A stretch of 64,000 nt of DNA from Eledone cirrhosa (taxonomy: Eukaryota), in the NCBI GenBank assembly GCA_964016885.1, contig CAXHJY010000730.1, forward strand, positions 1 through 64,000. Direction: 5' to 3'. Made by a program: the position numbers and the translations under genes. The notes beneath the pieces are model-generated. The model was given only the letters and a program-made list of their open reading frames with translations, made no database searches and was not told the origin of the DNA. This document shows positions 20,123 through 31,489 of this stretch, one piece after another (the stretch's first letter is position 1; each line of letters begins with the position of its first letter).

Positions 20123-20405
20123 TAATATTAAAATATGTGAACCTTACTTATTTGAAGGTGTGTGATCTAGTGAAAGTGGATGACTTAATGGTTAGAGAGA
20201 TGGATTCAAAGTCATGAGGTTGTGAGTTTGATCCCTGCATTAAATCCTTGAGCAAGACACTTTATTTCATGTTGCTTCTTCTGCCAGTTGTGACTGACAG
20301 ATAGTATCAGTAACCAATATATAACCAATAGAAACGTTGTTTCCTTGATCTGATCTGATGATCAGCTCCTTTCTTCTGATATAGAGTAATGTAAATGTTA
20401 TGTGA

Positions 20406-21111
20406 GACCAAGCATAGGTGAGTTGTGAGTATAAGAGGGATAAGTTGTGGTGTGCAGGAGAGAAGGCTGAGATGGTATGGACATGTGATGTACATGGAGG
20501 ATGACCGATGGGTGAAGAAGTGCCAAGAAATCCCATTAGAGGTAGACCACGAAAAACATGGGCGGAGGTGGTGAGAACTGACCTCAGATCGCTGAAGCTC
20601 ACGGTGGAGATGACGAAGGACCGTAACAAGTGGAGAGATGCTGTGCTGAATAGGACCCATCCCACCCTTGCAAGCAGGGAAAAGCGGACGGAAAATGATG
20701 ATGATGAATGGTTGGAGAACTGTGTCCAGTTTATTATTTTATATCACTTTTTTTAAATAAGTTGGATTACTTTGAATAAATCAGGAATGAATATTACGTA
20801 ATGTATCTACTAAATTTCTTGGCTCTTGATTAAACATAAATAACCTTATATATAATGATTGGAGAACTGTGAGACTGTCCACTTTATTATTTTATATCAG
20901 AAGGGCGGTGGATTGGCAATACCGGTAGAGGGTCGGACACCATGCTATGCAGCAAGGAGTTGCAACCCTTTACTTTATGGTCTGAGTTCAAATCCCACTG
21001 AGGTTAACTTTACCTTTCATCCTTGCGGGGTCGATAAAATAAAGTACTAGTAATGTACTGGGATAATTGCTGGACTTTGTTGTGATATAACCTATATGAC
21101 CACTTTACAGT
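20406..21111. repeat. Right arm of ~700-bp inverted duplication, inserted in a minisatellite unit
   Basis: Matches 16369-17071; flanked on both sides by agagtaatgtaaatgtta units. Confidence 0.93.
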
Positions 21112-21307
21112 AGTATATATAGAGTAATGTAAATGTTACGTGAGATATTATGTGAGGTAAAGCCTTTACTGTGAAAATACAATAGTATATATAGAATAAT
21201 GTAAATGTTATGTGAGGTAAAGCCTTTACTGTGAAAATACAATAGTATATATAGAATAATGTAAATGTTATGTGAGGTAAAGCCTTTACTGTGATAATAC
21301 AATAGTT

Positions 21308-23322
21308 TCATCATCATCGTTTAACGTCTATCTTCCACGCTAGCATGAGTTTAGACGGGAATTGTCCCACCTGGGGTAAGATTGGTCGTCTTGCTCGTAT
21401 AGGACTGTCTGGCAGGTTTTCTACAGCTGGATGCCCTTCCTAACACCAACCACGTTTACAGTGTGGACTGGGAGGTTTTTACCGTGTTACCTACACGGCC
21501 ACTTTTTTTTTTTTTGTCGTAACACCTACACAACCTCATTTATTTAGGACTGGATGTTGTGGTACCAACATAACTTTACAGAGAAAGGGGTAGTGGAATG
21601 GGGGTGTATTTTTGGTTAGGAGGTGCCTACTGCCTGTAGGTTTCACTTTGTAGTTAGGCAAAGCGGGTCTTCTGTATTACTGCGTAGCACCAAAGATCTC
21701 GGTCCTGTGATATCTTCTTAGAGAGGTGCAAGTGTGTAAGGTCGGTTTATCAAATGGTCCCAGGTTTTTCTGGGTCTGCCTACTCCATAACTTCCATCTA
21801 TTTTGATCGCCCTGCACTTTTTTTGCACAGCTGTCATCTTTCATGCGCATCACGTGACCATACCAACGTAGTCTTCTCTTGAGTAAACAACATCTGATCC
21901 CTCTTATTCCTAATTTTTCATTTAGTTCATTTATGCCTTGCCGTTCATGTATATTACTATTACACATCCAACGAAGCATGCAAGCTTCGTTCCTCTCCAG
22001 TCTGCGTAGATCCTCTGCACACAATGCCCATGTCTCACTGCCATGTAACATTGCTGTTCATATGCAGGCATCATACAGCCTGCCTTTCATTTTTAGGGAG
22101 AACCCTTTAGCGGCCAATACTGGTATAAGCTCTCTGAACTTTTTCCATCCCGTTCTGACTCTAGCTACTGTACTTTCTGAGTTCTCCACCACTGCTGATT
22201 TTGTCACCCAGGTAACGGAAGGTGTCCACTATTTCTATAGAACCATCTGTGCAATGGAATGAGCTAGTATTCTGTGGGCACTTGCTGCTACTTATTGCAC
22301 CTGAGCACCAGCCACATATAAAATCTACGTTCTTAGTTAGCTTACCTGTTAGCTTACTACATCTTTTATGCACCCATACTTTGAATTTGGGACATAAAAT
22401 GGAATTTCTGCCTACTCCTTTCCTATACACTGTGTATGGCCATTTCCGAGAGGGGACCAGTGCCCTATTTCCCTTCCTACATACTAGAACTTTAGTCTTA
22501 GACAAGTTAATTTTAAGGCCTTTTGATTCTAGGCCATGCTTCCAAGTTTGGAATATCTTCTCTAGTTCAGCCATTGATTCGGCTATGAGCGTTAGATCAT
22601 CTGCGTATAGAAGTTCCCATGGGCAGCCGGTCTTGCCTGAAGGGCAATAATAAATAGGAGGGGGTTAAGGACAGAGCCCTGATGAACACCAACTTTTACG
22701 CTAAATTCTTCACAATATTCGTTGTTAATTCTAACCTTGCTGGCCATTTCTTTATACATGGCTTGTATAGCTCTCACAAGCCATTCATCAACACCTAGTT
22801 TTCTAAGAGCCCAACAGATAATGGAGCGGGGGACTCTGTCAAAAGCTTTCTCCAAGACAACAAAAGCTAAGTAAAGGGGTTTACTTTTAGCTTGGTATTT
22901 CTCCTGTAGTTATCATACAAGACAATAGGAGGGGACTGTGGTACTTTTACCTGACACAAACCCAAACTGCATTTCATTTAGATCAATTCACTCTGATTAG
23001 TTGCGCTATAATTCTTTCTGTGACCTTCATGACCTGGTCGATTAATTTAATGCCTCTCTAGTTTCCCCTATCTAGTGCATCTCCTTTACCCTTGTAACAG
23101 TTAATGATGATGCTGCTGCTACGCCAGTCATTTGGTATGACCCCATTCTGTATTACTTGGTTTACTATCCGGGAGACCATAGTGTGTCCCACCGATCCAG
23201 ATGCTTTCAGCATTTCAGCAACTATCTCCGAAGGCCCAGCTGCTTTGCTTGTCTTCATATCTTTGATTGCCTTACTTATTATACTACTTTCAACTTGCAC
23301 TGCTGGTCTCTCTATTGGATCG
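21308..23322 (-). mobile_element. 5'-truncated degenerate RTE LINE
   Basis: KAAGPSEIVAEMLK, EKAFDRVP, PHD remnant, 3' tail. Confidence 0.9.
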
Positions 23323-23324
23323 TA

Positions 23325-23682
23325 TATATAGAGTAATGTAAATGTTATGTGAGGTAAAGCCTTTACTGTGAAAATACAATAGTATATATAGAGTAATATG
23401 TTATGTGAGATATTATAAAGTAAAGGCTTTACTATGAAAATACAATAGTATATATAGAGTAATGTAAATGTGAGATAAAGCCTTTACTGTGAAAATACAA
23501 TAGTATATATAGAGTAATGTAAATGTTGTGAGATATTATGTGAGATAAAGCCTTTACCATGAAAATACAATAGTATATATAGAGTAATGTAAATGTTACG
23601 TGAGATATTATGTGAGGTAAAGCCTTTACTGTGAAAATACAATAGTTTATATAGAGTAATGTAAATGGTAAAGTGTTCAATT
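23325..23682. repeat. Minisatellite of a piggyBac-type MITE (gtgaggtaaagcctttactgtgaaaatacaatagtatatatagagtaatgt)
   Basis: Same unit at 21112-21306, 25670-25780 and, reversed, 57963-58697. Confidence 0.85.
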
Positions 23683-23721
23683 AACTAATATCATTTGTTA
23701 TTTATTCAACTACTATTACAG

Positions 23722-23853
23722 GACTACTACATCAGGCAAGAACTCTATTGCCATTGATGATTGCCAGTTTCACCAATGTGTCAAGCTCAGCAAATTTGAA
23801 ACAGAACACAGCATCAGTTTCATCCCACCAGATGGAGAGTTTGAACTAATGAG
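23722..23853 (+). CDS. AP2M1: AP2M1 coding exon 6 ([43 protein letters not shown])
   Basis: FHQCV and FIPPDGEF signatures read by hand (absent from the ORF track); tacAG and GTAACT boundaries; 132 nt, phase-consistent. Confidence 0.94.
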
Positions 23854-23943
23854 GTAACTATCTTTTTCTTTCCTCCCATCCTTCTTCTAGAAGAACTCTG
23901 ATAATGATAAACCTTGATTGCTAGCTGAATTATTTATATAAAC

Positions 23944-24352
23944 CATCATCATCATCACTGTTTTATGTCCGTTCTTCCACGCTAGCATGGGTTAGACGGG
24001 TTGTCCTGTTGTGGGCAGTGTCCAGTTGGCTGACCTTGTCTTGCTCATACTGGAACTAATTCTGGCTTGATTTTTACAGCTGGATGCCCTTCCTAACACT
24101 AACCTCATTTACAGTGAGTGCTGGGTGCTTTCGTGTCGCCACTTTACAGTGTGGACTGGGTGCTTTTTTTTTCTTTTTGCAGTGGAATATTAGGGACCCC
24201 AGTCCTATCATCTCATTTCTACAGCTGAGTAAACTGGAGCAATGTGAAATAAAGTGTCTTGCTCAAGGAAACAACACATCACCCGGTGTGAGAATTGAAC
24301 TCACAACCTTTCGATTGTAAGCCCAATGCTCTAACCACTAAGACATGCACCT
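23944..24352 (-). mobile_element. tRNA-derived CORE-like SINE
   Basis: Same head and core as 10662-11020. Confidence 0.85.
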
Positions 24353-25161
24353 TCATAAATCTATATATATAAAAGAGAGACCTTTCTTGGTTGGTTGGTG
24401 GAATCACACGAACCCCTATCCCTCATACCCACACACATCTAAAGAGAGAGATAGACCATTATTCATAGAAAGATACAATTAAAGTGTTAGATATTCAGAG
24501 AGAGAGAGAGTAACGTCCCACAAAAATCTAGAAATGGCTTAAACTATAGATCCTTTGATCTATAGGAAGGTTTAACAATATTGTTAGCTTTTATAAAGTC
24601 TTTTATTTTAAAGAACAAAGAAAAACTGATACTATTTGAAATTAATTTACTTTCCAGCTTTTTTCCAGATACTACTTACAGTCCATACTAACGAAGCTAA
24701 ACACTTCAGAAGCAATGTTATGTGGTATATTGCTGTGTTTCAGATGATACTGATTTTGGTTATTTCATATTTAAAATCCAAGGCCAATGCTACCAGTTAA
24801 TTAGCAGTTTACTCCCCCAGCCTAATAAGGAAGTTTTATGATAGTTTTGTTTAGGTCTCTCACACACAGTCTCATCTCATACCACTGTAAAGTGGTGTTG
24901 TAGGTGTCATGACAAAAAGTACACAGTACACACTGTAAAGTGGTCTGTGACAACAAAAAGTACCTAGTCCACACTGTGTGGTCATGTAGGTGTCACAACA
25001 AAAAGTACCCAGTCCAGACTGTAAAGTGGTTGGCGTTAGGAAGGGCATCCAGCTGTAGAAACCAAGGCAAAATCTGTTCTGTGTGAGTGAATCACGGTCC
25101 TCCAACCTAATTTCTCCCAAAGGGACTACCCGTCCTAAAACTTCTTCTGTGGAAAATAGAC

Positions 25162-25791
25162 CTTAACCCTTTAGCATTTAAACCGGCCATATCCGGCCAG
25201 AATTCTCTCACATCTTTCTGTTCAAACCAGCTGTAACCAGCCACTCATACTTACATTAAGGTATTGTTCTCAATAATAATAAATAATATCAAAATCTCAT
25301 AGATTCGATATTATGTGAGATATTATGTAAGATAAAGGCACATGGCTTAGTGGTTAGAGCATTGGCCTTGCAATCGAAAGGTTGTGAGTTCAATTCTCAG
25401 ACCGGGTGATGTTGTTTCCTTGAGCAAGACACTTTATTTCACATTGCTCCAGTTTACTCAGCTGTAGAAATGAGATGATAGGGACTGAGGTCCATATCAT
25501 TCCACTGCAAAGTGGTCGTGGAGGTGCCACGGCAAAAAAGCACCCAGCACTCACTGTAAATGAGGTTTGTGTTAGGAAGGGCATCCAGCTGTAGAAATCA
25601 AGCCAGAATCAGTTCCCGTCCTACCCTTGCAAGCAGGGAAAAAGCGGACGTAAAATGAAATGATGATGAAAGCCTTTACTGTGAAAATACAATAGTATAT
25701 ATAGAGTAATGTAAATGTTATGTGAGATATGTAAGGTAAAGCCTTTACCTCAAAAATACAATAGTATATATAGAGTAATATGAAGGGTTAA
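25162..25791. mobile_element. piggyBac-type MITE with minisatellite and a nested SINE (25337-25668, +)
   Basis: TTAACCCTTTAGCATTT at the left, GAAGGGTTAA at the right. Confidence 0.75.
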
Positions 25792-25826
25792 ACGATGATG
25801 ATGATTTTAATATTTTTCCATTTCAG

Positions 25827-25962
25827 GTATCGAACAACTAAGGATATAAATCTGCCTTTCCGAGTAATTCCTCTTGTCAGGGAATCTGGACGTCACAAAA
25901 TGGAAGTAAAAGTTGTAGTGAAGTCCAATTTTAAACCTTCTTTACTGGCACAAAAAGTTGAA
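25827..25962 (+). CDS. AP2M1: AP2M1 coding exon 7 ([20 protein letters not shown]...PSLLAQKVE)
   Basis: mu-homology domain; tttcAG and GTAAGT boundaries; 136 nt. Confidence 0.97.
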
Positions 25963-26125
25963 GTAAGTTCTCGTGTCTTACTTAAGATTTTTTCCTGTCT
26001 TCTGACAAATTACAGAAAGCAGCGTCTAATATTTGCTACACATGTACATGTCTATATGTATAGCGAATTGACGACACACATTATGCGAGTGTTTGTGTGT
26101 TTGTGTAAATTATATTTATATATAG

Positions 26126-26578
26126 ACGAGCTAAACCCGTGAAAAAATTCACGGATAATCCCCTCTCTCTATATATATATATCCATTCCTTTCTCTATAT
26201 ATTAAAATCCCCTCTCTAAATATATTAAAACCCCCTCTCTTTCTGTATAAACCCATCCCTTTCTCTATATATTAAAACCATCCTCTCTATATATTATAAC
26301 ACCCCTCTCTCTCTATATATATATTTTAACCCTCTATATATATTTTGGAAAGGAGAGAGAATGGGGGTTATAATATAGAGAAAGGGATAGGTTATATATA
26401 GAGAGAAGGGGGTTATAATATATATAGTGAGGATTATACTATATTTAAAGAGAGGGGTTTATAATATATAGAAAGGGTGGTTTTAATAGACAAAGGGATG
26501 GGTTTATATATATATAGAGGGGGTTTTAATATATTTAGAGAGGGGATTATCCATGAATTTTTTCACAGATCCAACTAG
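26126..26578. mobile_element. Two inverted Helitron 3' halves of the 11027-11741 family
   Basis: Subterminal hairpin at both outer ends; CTAG at 26575-26578. Confidence 0.7.
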
Positions 26579-26764
26579 TCTCAATGATTGACAAATGTCG
26601 CATCAATAAACTAGAAACTACACCTAGCTTTGAAGTTATGAACTGTTGGAAAAGAGTTCAACCATGTTAGAATTAGTTATCTCCTCCGTGGCTATAAAGA
26701 GGTTAAAATCTATCTAAGAATATAAATGTAGAATGTTCAAGTGACATAATATCTCTTTTTTTAG

Positions 26765-26863
<99 letters not shown>

Positions 26864-27054
26864 TGAGTATTAACCATTTATTTTTACAATATGTTTAACC
26901 TTTTAGTGTTCAAAACCGTCCAAAATTATTTACCCTTTCATCATCATCATCATTTTACGTCCGCTTTTCCCCTGCTTGCAAGGGCGGGACGGGTCCTATT
27001 TAGCACAGCATCTCTCTACTTGTCACGGTCATGTTCCTCCATATATATATATAT

Positions 27055-27730
27055 CAAAATACAGGAATACAGAAAGATTGCATTTAGTGAACATATCGCC
27101 AATTGTGCACCCAACCAACATCCAAACTTAAAATTTTCCCCATTTACAAATTCATAGACAACGCTATTTCATCCATCGTACCAATAAGGAAACGTATTTC
27201 ATTAACAAATTCCAACCTCTACTTAATGCACTAAACTTCGGACTAAACTGGAACGAACAATCAAACATTTACAATTACCCATGTCTCTCTAAAAAGTTAC
27301 CTCCCTTACACCCTAACTAATCCTTTTTCTTAAATAAATTATCATCCAGCATGAATTACGTCCCCCTGCATATTAACTCTCTAAAAAGGGAAATCATATC
27401 AAACCCCAGTCCACCATTTACCTCTATCATGGATCAACTAAGCACTCTTGCTATATTAACACATTTTGATCTCCTTATCTTCAAGAACTATGCCTGTAAA
27501 TAACATTTTTTTCTTTCACATTGATTTATGCTCCACATTACGTCCCTTTTTTTTCTTTTTTCTTTTCACATCATAAACCTTGTTTGTAAATAACATTATT
27601 GTTTCTGAACCATTTCTTTAACATATCCAACACCACCATTCTACACCAATACATATTATTATCATTTGATAATGCATAAAAATGCTGAAACCGGTAATAG
27701 ACAATTATTAAATATATAAATAAATAGATC
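27055..27730 (+). mobile_element. Penelope-like element 3' end (GIY-YIG C-terminus and pLTR) with degenerate hammerhead
   Basis: NKETYFINKFQPLLNA near 27183-27230; hammerhead-like motif 27655-27705. Confidence 0.6.
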
Positions 27731-28162
27731 ATCATCATCATCATCATCATCATCACCGTTTTACGTCCGTTCTTCCACGCTAGCATAGGTTAGACGGGTT
27801 GTCCTGTTGTGGGCAGTGTCTGGTCGGCTAACCATGCCTTGCTCATACAGGAACTGATTTGCCATTGTTAATTAATAAATAAATCAACTAATACCTTAAA
27901 ACTTCACACAAAGTAAAATATTTCGTTTTAATAATTTTCTAACCCAGAAAAAAGAGAAAGAAATAAAGGAAAAAAAAAAATTTTTCTTCTTAATAATCGT
28001 CTTTTTCTCCCTGTTTTCATATATAAAGTAGAAGGGGTATTTAATTTATTGGAAGTCCAACAAATATAAATTTTTATAACTGATTTAGAGCACTCAACAG
28101 TTTACTGGAGTAAATATTCAATGATATTAAATAAATGGAAACTATATTTATAAAACCATATT

Positions 28163-28225
28163 TATTTTATTATATATATTTCAAGGGTACCAAGACACAT
28201 TGATACGCTTTCATCAGATAAAATA
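28163..28225 (-). ncRNA. Type I hammerhead ribozyme in PLE pLTR
   Basis: tattttat-CTGATGA-stem II-GAAA-TATATA-TA-ataaaata on the minus strand. Confidence 0.8.
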
Positions 28226-30169
28226 CAGTTTGTTTTATAAATAGACATATCCATGAAAATCATACTTTATTGGTTGGGAATTCACTGGATAGTGGAAATA
28301 TATTAGAGATTTCTCAAACTTATGTGTTAATATGCAAATGAATATGTAAATAATTGAAAAACAACCGTTTATTTAAACGACTATGGAGAGAGAGAAGAGA
28401 TAGGAGGAGAGGATAAAATAGTGCTAGAGAGAGAGAAGAAAGAAAACAAGAGATGAATAAAACTCATATAACGTTAATTTGAAGGAAATTTGTTCTAAGT
28501 ATATATCTTAATAGTACATGTATTTACGATTATTATTTGTTTATAATATATTTTTCTTCTGTTATAAGTAGATAAATAAACAAATACATAAATAAATAAA
28601 TGGGTATATCACGTTATAGATAATTGTTCTAATGAGTTATGAGGGATATTGGTTTTGTATTTAATGTAAATAAATATTAAGTTAAATTAAATTAAAATGG
28701 GAATATACAGAAAAACTCTGGTTTAATTTATTTATTCGTTAGTGTGAGACTATTTAGTTAAAATAAGTATAGATGTTGAAAGATACATTTAGCCAGAATC
28801 AGTTAGTGGTTATAAATCTATGGAAAAATATTGAAAAAATATTGAAAAATTTGAGAAATTAAAAAAAAAAAATAATTTATAAGTGATAAGTAATTTTAAA
28901 GAAATAAAAATTATTAAAATTAAAATAAAAAAAAAAAAATTATAATTATATATGTATATATTTTATGAAAGTGGAATTACAGCAAATGTTATAGATATTA
29001 TGATTTAGAGATATCAATATATTAAAACCAAGTGGATGAGATTGATATGGAAATAAGTATAAATATTATAAGTATAATTTATAAGTTATATATAGTTCTG
29101 AATGTTGAATTCAGGTGATGTCTACAAGAATTAAATAAATTCGTTCTTAGATTAATAGAGTTTTTACATTTAAGTATAAAAAAAATTTCCTCAATACACA
29201 ATTTGCAGAATCTAGATAAAGCTGTGTTTCGGTATGCGGGTGCTTTTGAAACTATTTCCCAAGCTAATGAATAGTCCATATTCTTGCATTTTAAGCTTCA
29301 TATTATTTTAACTGCACGGAAAACTTTAATTGAATTCAACAATCATCTCTGGATAAGAGCCGATAGAAAAAATAATTTTGATATCACGATGGGATCATCT
29401 GACTCGGCACAAATAACGGATCTTGTGGAGCTATTTATTAATAATACACTGCATAGAAAAATACCAGAGATGACCGGTGGTTTATATCGTGATGATATGC
29501 TGCTTTTAATTGAAAATCATAGTAATTGTGAAATTAATAAGAAAAGAAAATCCATAATACAATTCTTCAATAGGTACAACCTTAAGTTAGAAATAGAGAA
29601 TAACTATAAAATTAACTTTTTAGACGTAACATTAAACCTTAACACAGGGCTTTACTATCCATTCCATAAAATTAATGAGAATCTAAACTATGTAAGTTTT
29701 AACTCTAATCATCCTAGATCTATCAAGAACACTATCGTCAATTCTGTCCACGCATCTCCTCTAATAAAAACATTTTTGACGATAAGGCAGAATATTATAA
29801 TGAAGCTTTAAATAGAGCAGGATATATGAATAAGATTAAATACATCGACAACAGTAATAAGACAAATAACCCTACCATTAATTGTAATAATAATAAAAGA
29901 TTTAACTTAAACTAACAGAACTAGAACTAGAAATATTATTTGGTACTCCCCCCCCCCCCCATTCTCATTAAGCGTAAAAACACCTTTAGCAAAGCTATTC
30001 TTTAAAGCACTAGATAAATGTTTTCCTAAAGCCCACAGATACCACTCGATCTTTAACAGACATACTATAAAACTATCCTACTCTACTACTATGAACATAG
30101 CACAAAATATAAATAGAATTAATAATAGAAATTTAAACCCTAACCAAAATAGCAGTAATATCTCTAGCA

Positions 30170-30520
30170 TCATCATCATCATCATCATTTCATTTTATGT
30201 CCGCTTTTCCCTGCTTGCAAGGGTGGGACGGGAACTGATTCTGGCTTGATTTCTACAGCTGGATGCCCTTCCTAACACCAACCTCATTTACAGTGAGTGC
30301 TGGGTGCTTTTTTGCCGTGGCACCTACACGACCACTTTGCAGTGGAATGATAAGGACCTCAGTCCCTATCATCTCATTTCTACAGCTGAGTAAACTGGAG
30401 CAATGTGAAATAAAGTGTCTTGCTCAAGGAAACAACACACCACCCGGTCTGAGAATTGAACTCACAACCTTTCGATTGCAAGGCCAATGCTCTAACCACT
30501 AAGCCATGTGCCTCCATTGC
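30170..30520 (-). mobile_element. tRNA-derived CORE-like SINE nested in the PLE
   Basis: Same family as 10662-11020; ctagca target-site duplication. Confidence 0.88.
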
Positions 30521-31489
30521 CTAGCAATATCCAACATAATAGTACCGTTCCGAACAACAACAAATGTAACTGTAGAATTAAATCAAACTGTCCTTTACAA
30601 AATAAGTGTTTAGATAAAAACGTCTATAAATGTACAGTTAAAACTAGTGATAATATATTTAACTGTGTCGGTGCAACTTCTACAGAATTTAAAAGTCGCT
30701 GGAATAACCACAATTGCTCTTTCCGAAGATTTGATAAAAAATCTTCAACTTCTCTTTCAAACCTAATATGGGGCTTAAAATGCAAGAATATGGACTATTC
30801 ATTAGCTTGGGAAACAGTTTCAAAAGCACCCGCGTACTGAAATACAGCTTTATCTAGATTCTGCAAATTGTGTATTGAGGAAATTGTTTTACATACTTAA
30901 ATGTAAAAACTCTATTAATCTAAGAACGAATTTATTTAATTCTTGTAGACATCGCCAGAATTCAACATTCAGAACTATATATAACTTATAATTATACTTA
31001 TAATATTTCTACTTATTTCCATAACAATCTCATCCACTTGGTTTTAATATATTGATATATCTAAATCATAATATCTATAACATTTGCTGTAATTCTACTT
31101 TTTAAAGTTTCATAAAATATATACGTATATAATTCTAATTTTTTTTTTTTAAATTTTTTTTTATTTTTTATTTATTTTCTTATTTTAATTTTAATTTTAA
31201 TAATTTTTATTTCTTTATTTTTATTTCTTTAATTTTTATTTCTTTAAAAATTACTTATCTCTTATAAATTATTTTTTTTAATTTTTAATTTTTCAATATT
31301 TTTTCAATACTTTTTCAATACTTTATCAATATTTTTTCAATATTTTTCAATAGATTTATAACCACTAACTGATTCTGGCTAAATGTATCTTTCAACATCT
31401 ATACTTATTTTGACTCGAATAATCACAAATGCTCTTTCCGAAGATTTGATAAAAAATCTTCAACTTCTCTTTCAAACCTGATATGTGTT

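Larger units (their letters stand above)
27870..31421 (+). mobile_element. Penelope-like retroelement with inverted 5' copy of its own 3' end (RT and C-terminal GIY-YIG)
   Basis: FDITMGSSDSAQ, GLYRDD, INFLDVTL (RT); CNCRIKSNCPL, VYKC...VGATS, CKLCIEE, CRH (endonuclease); about 28750-29296 is inverted relative to 30773-31421. Confidence 0.88.
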
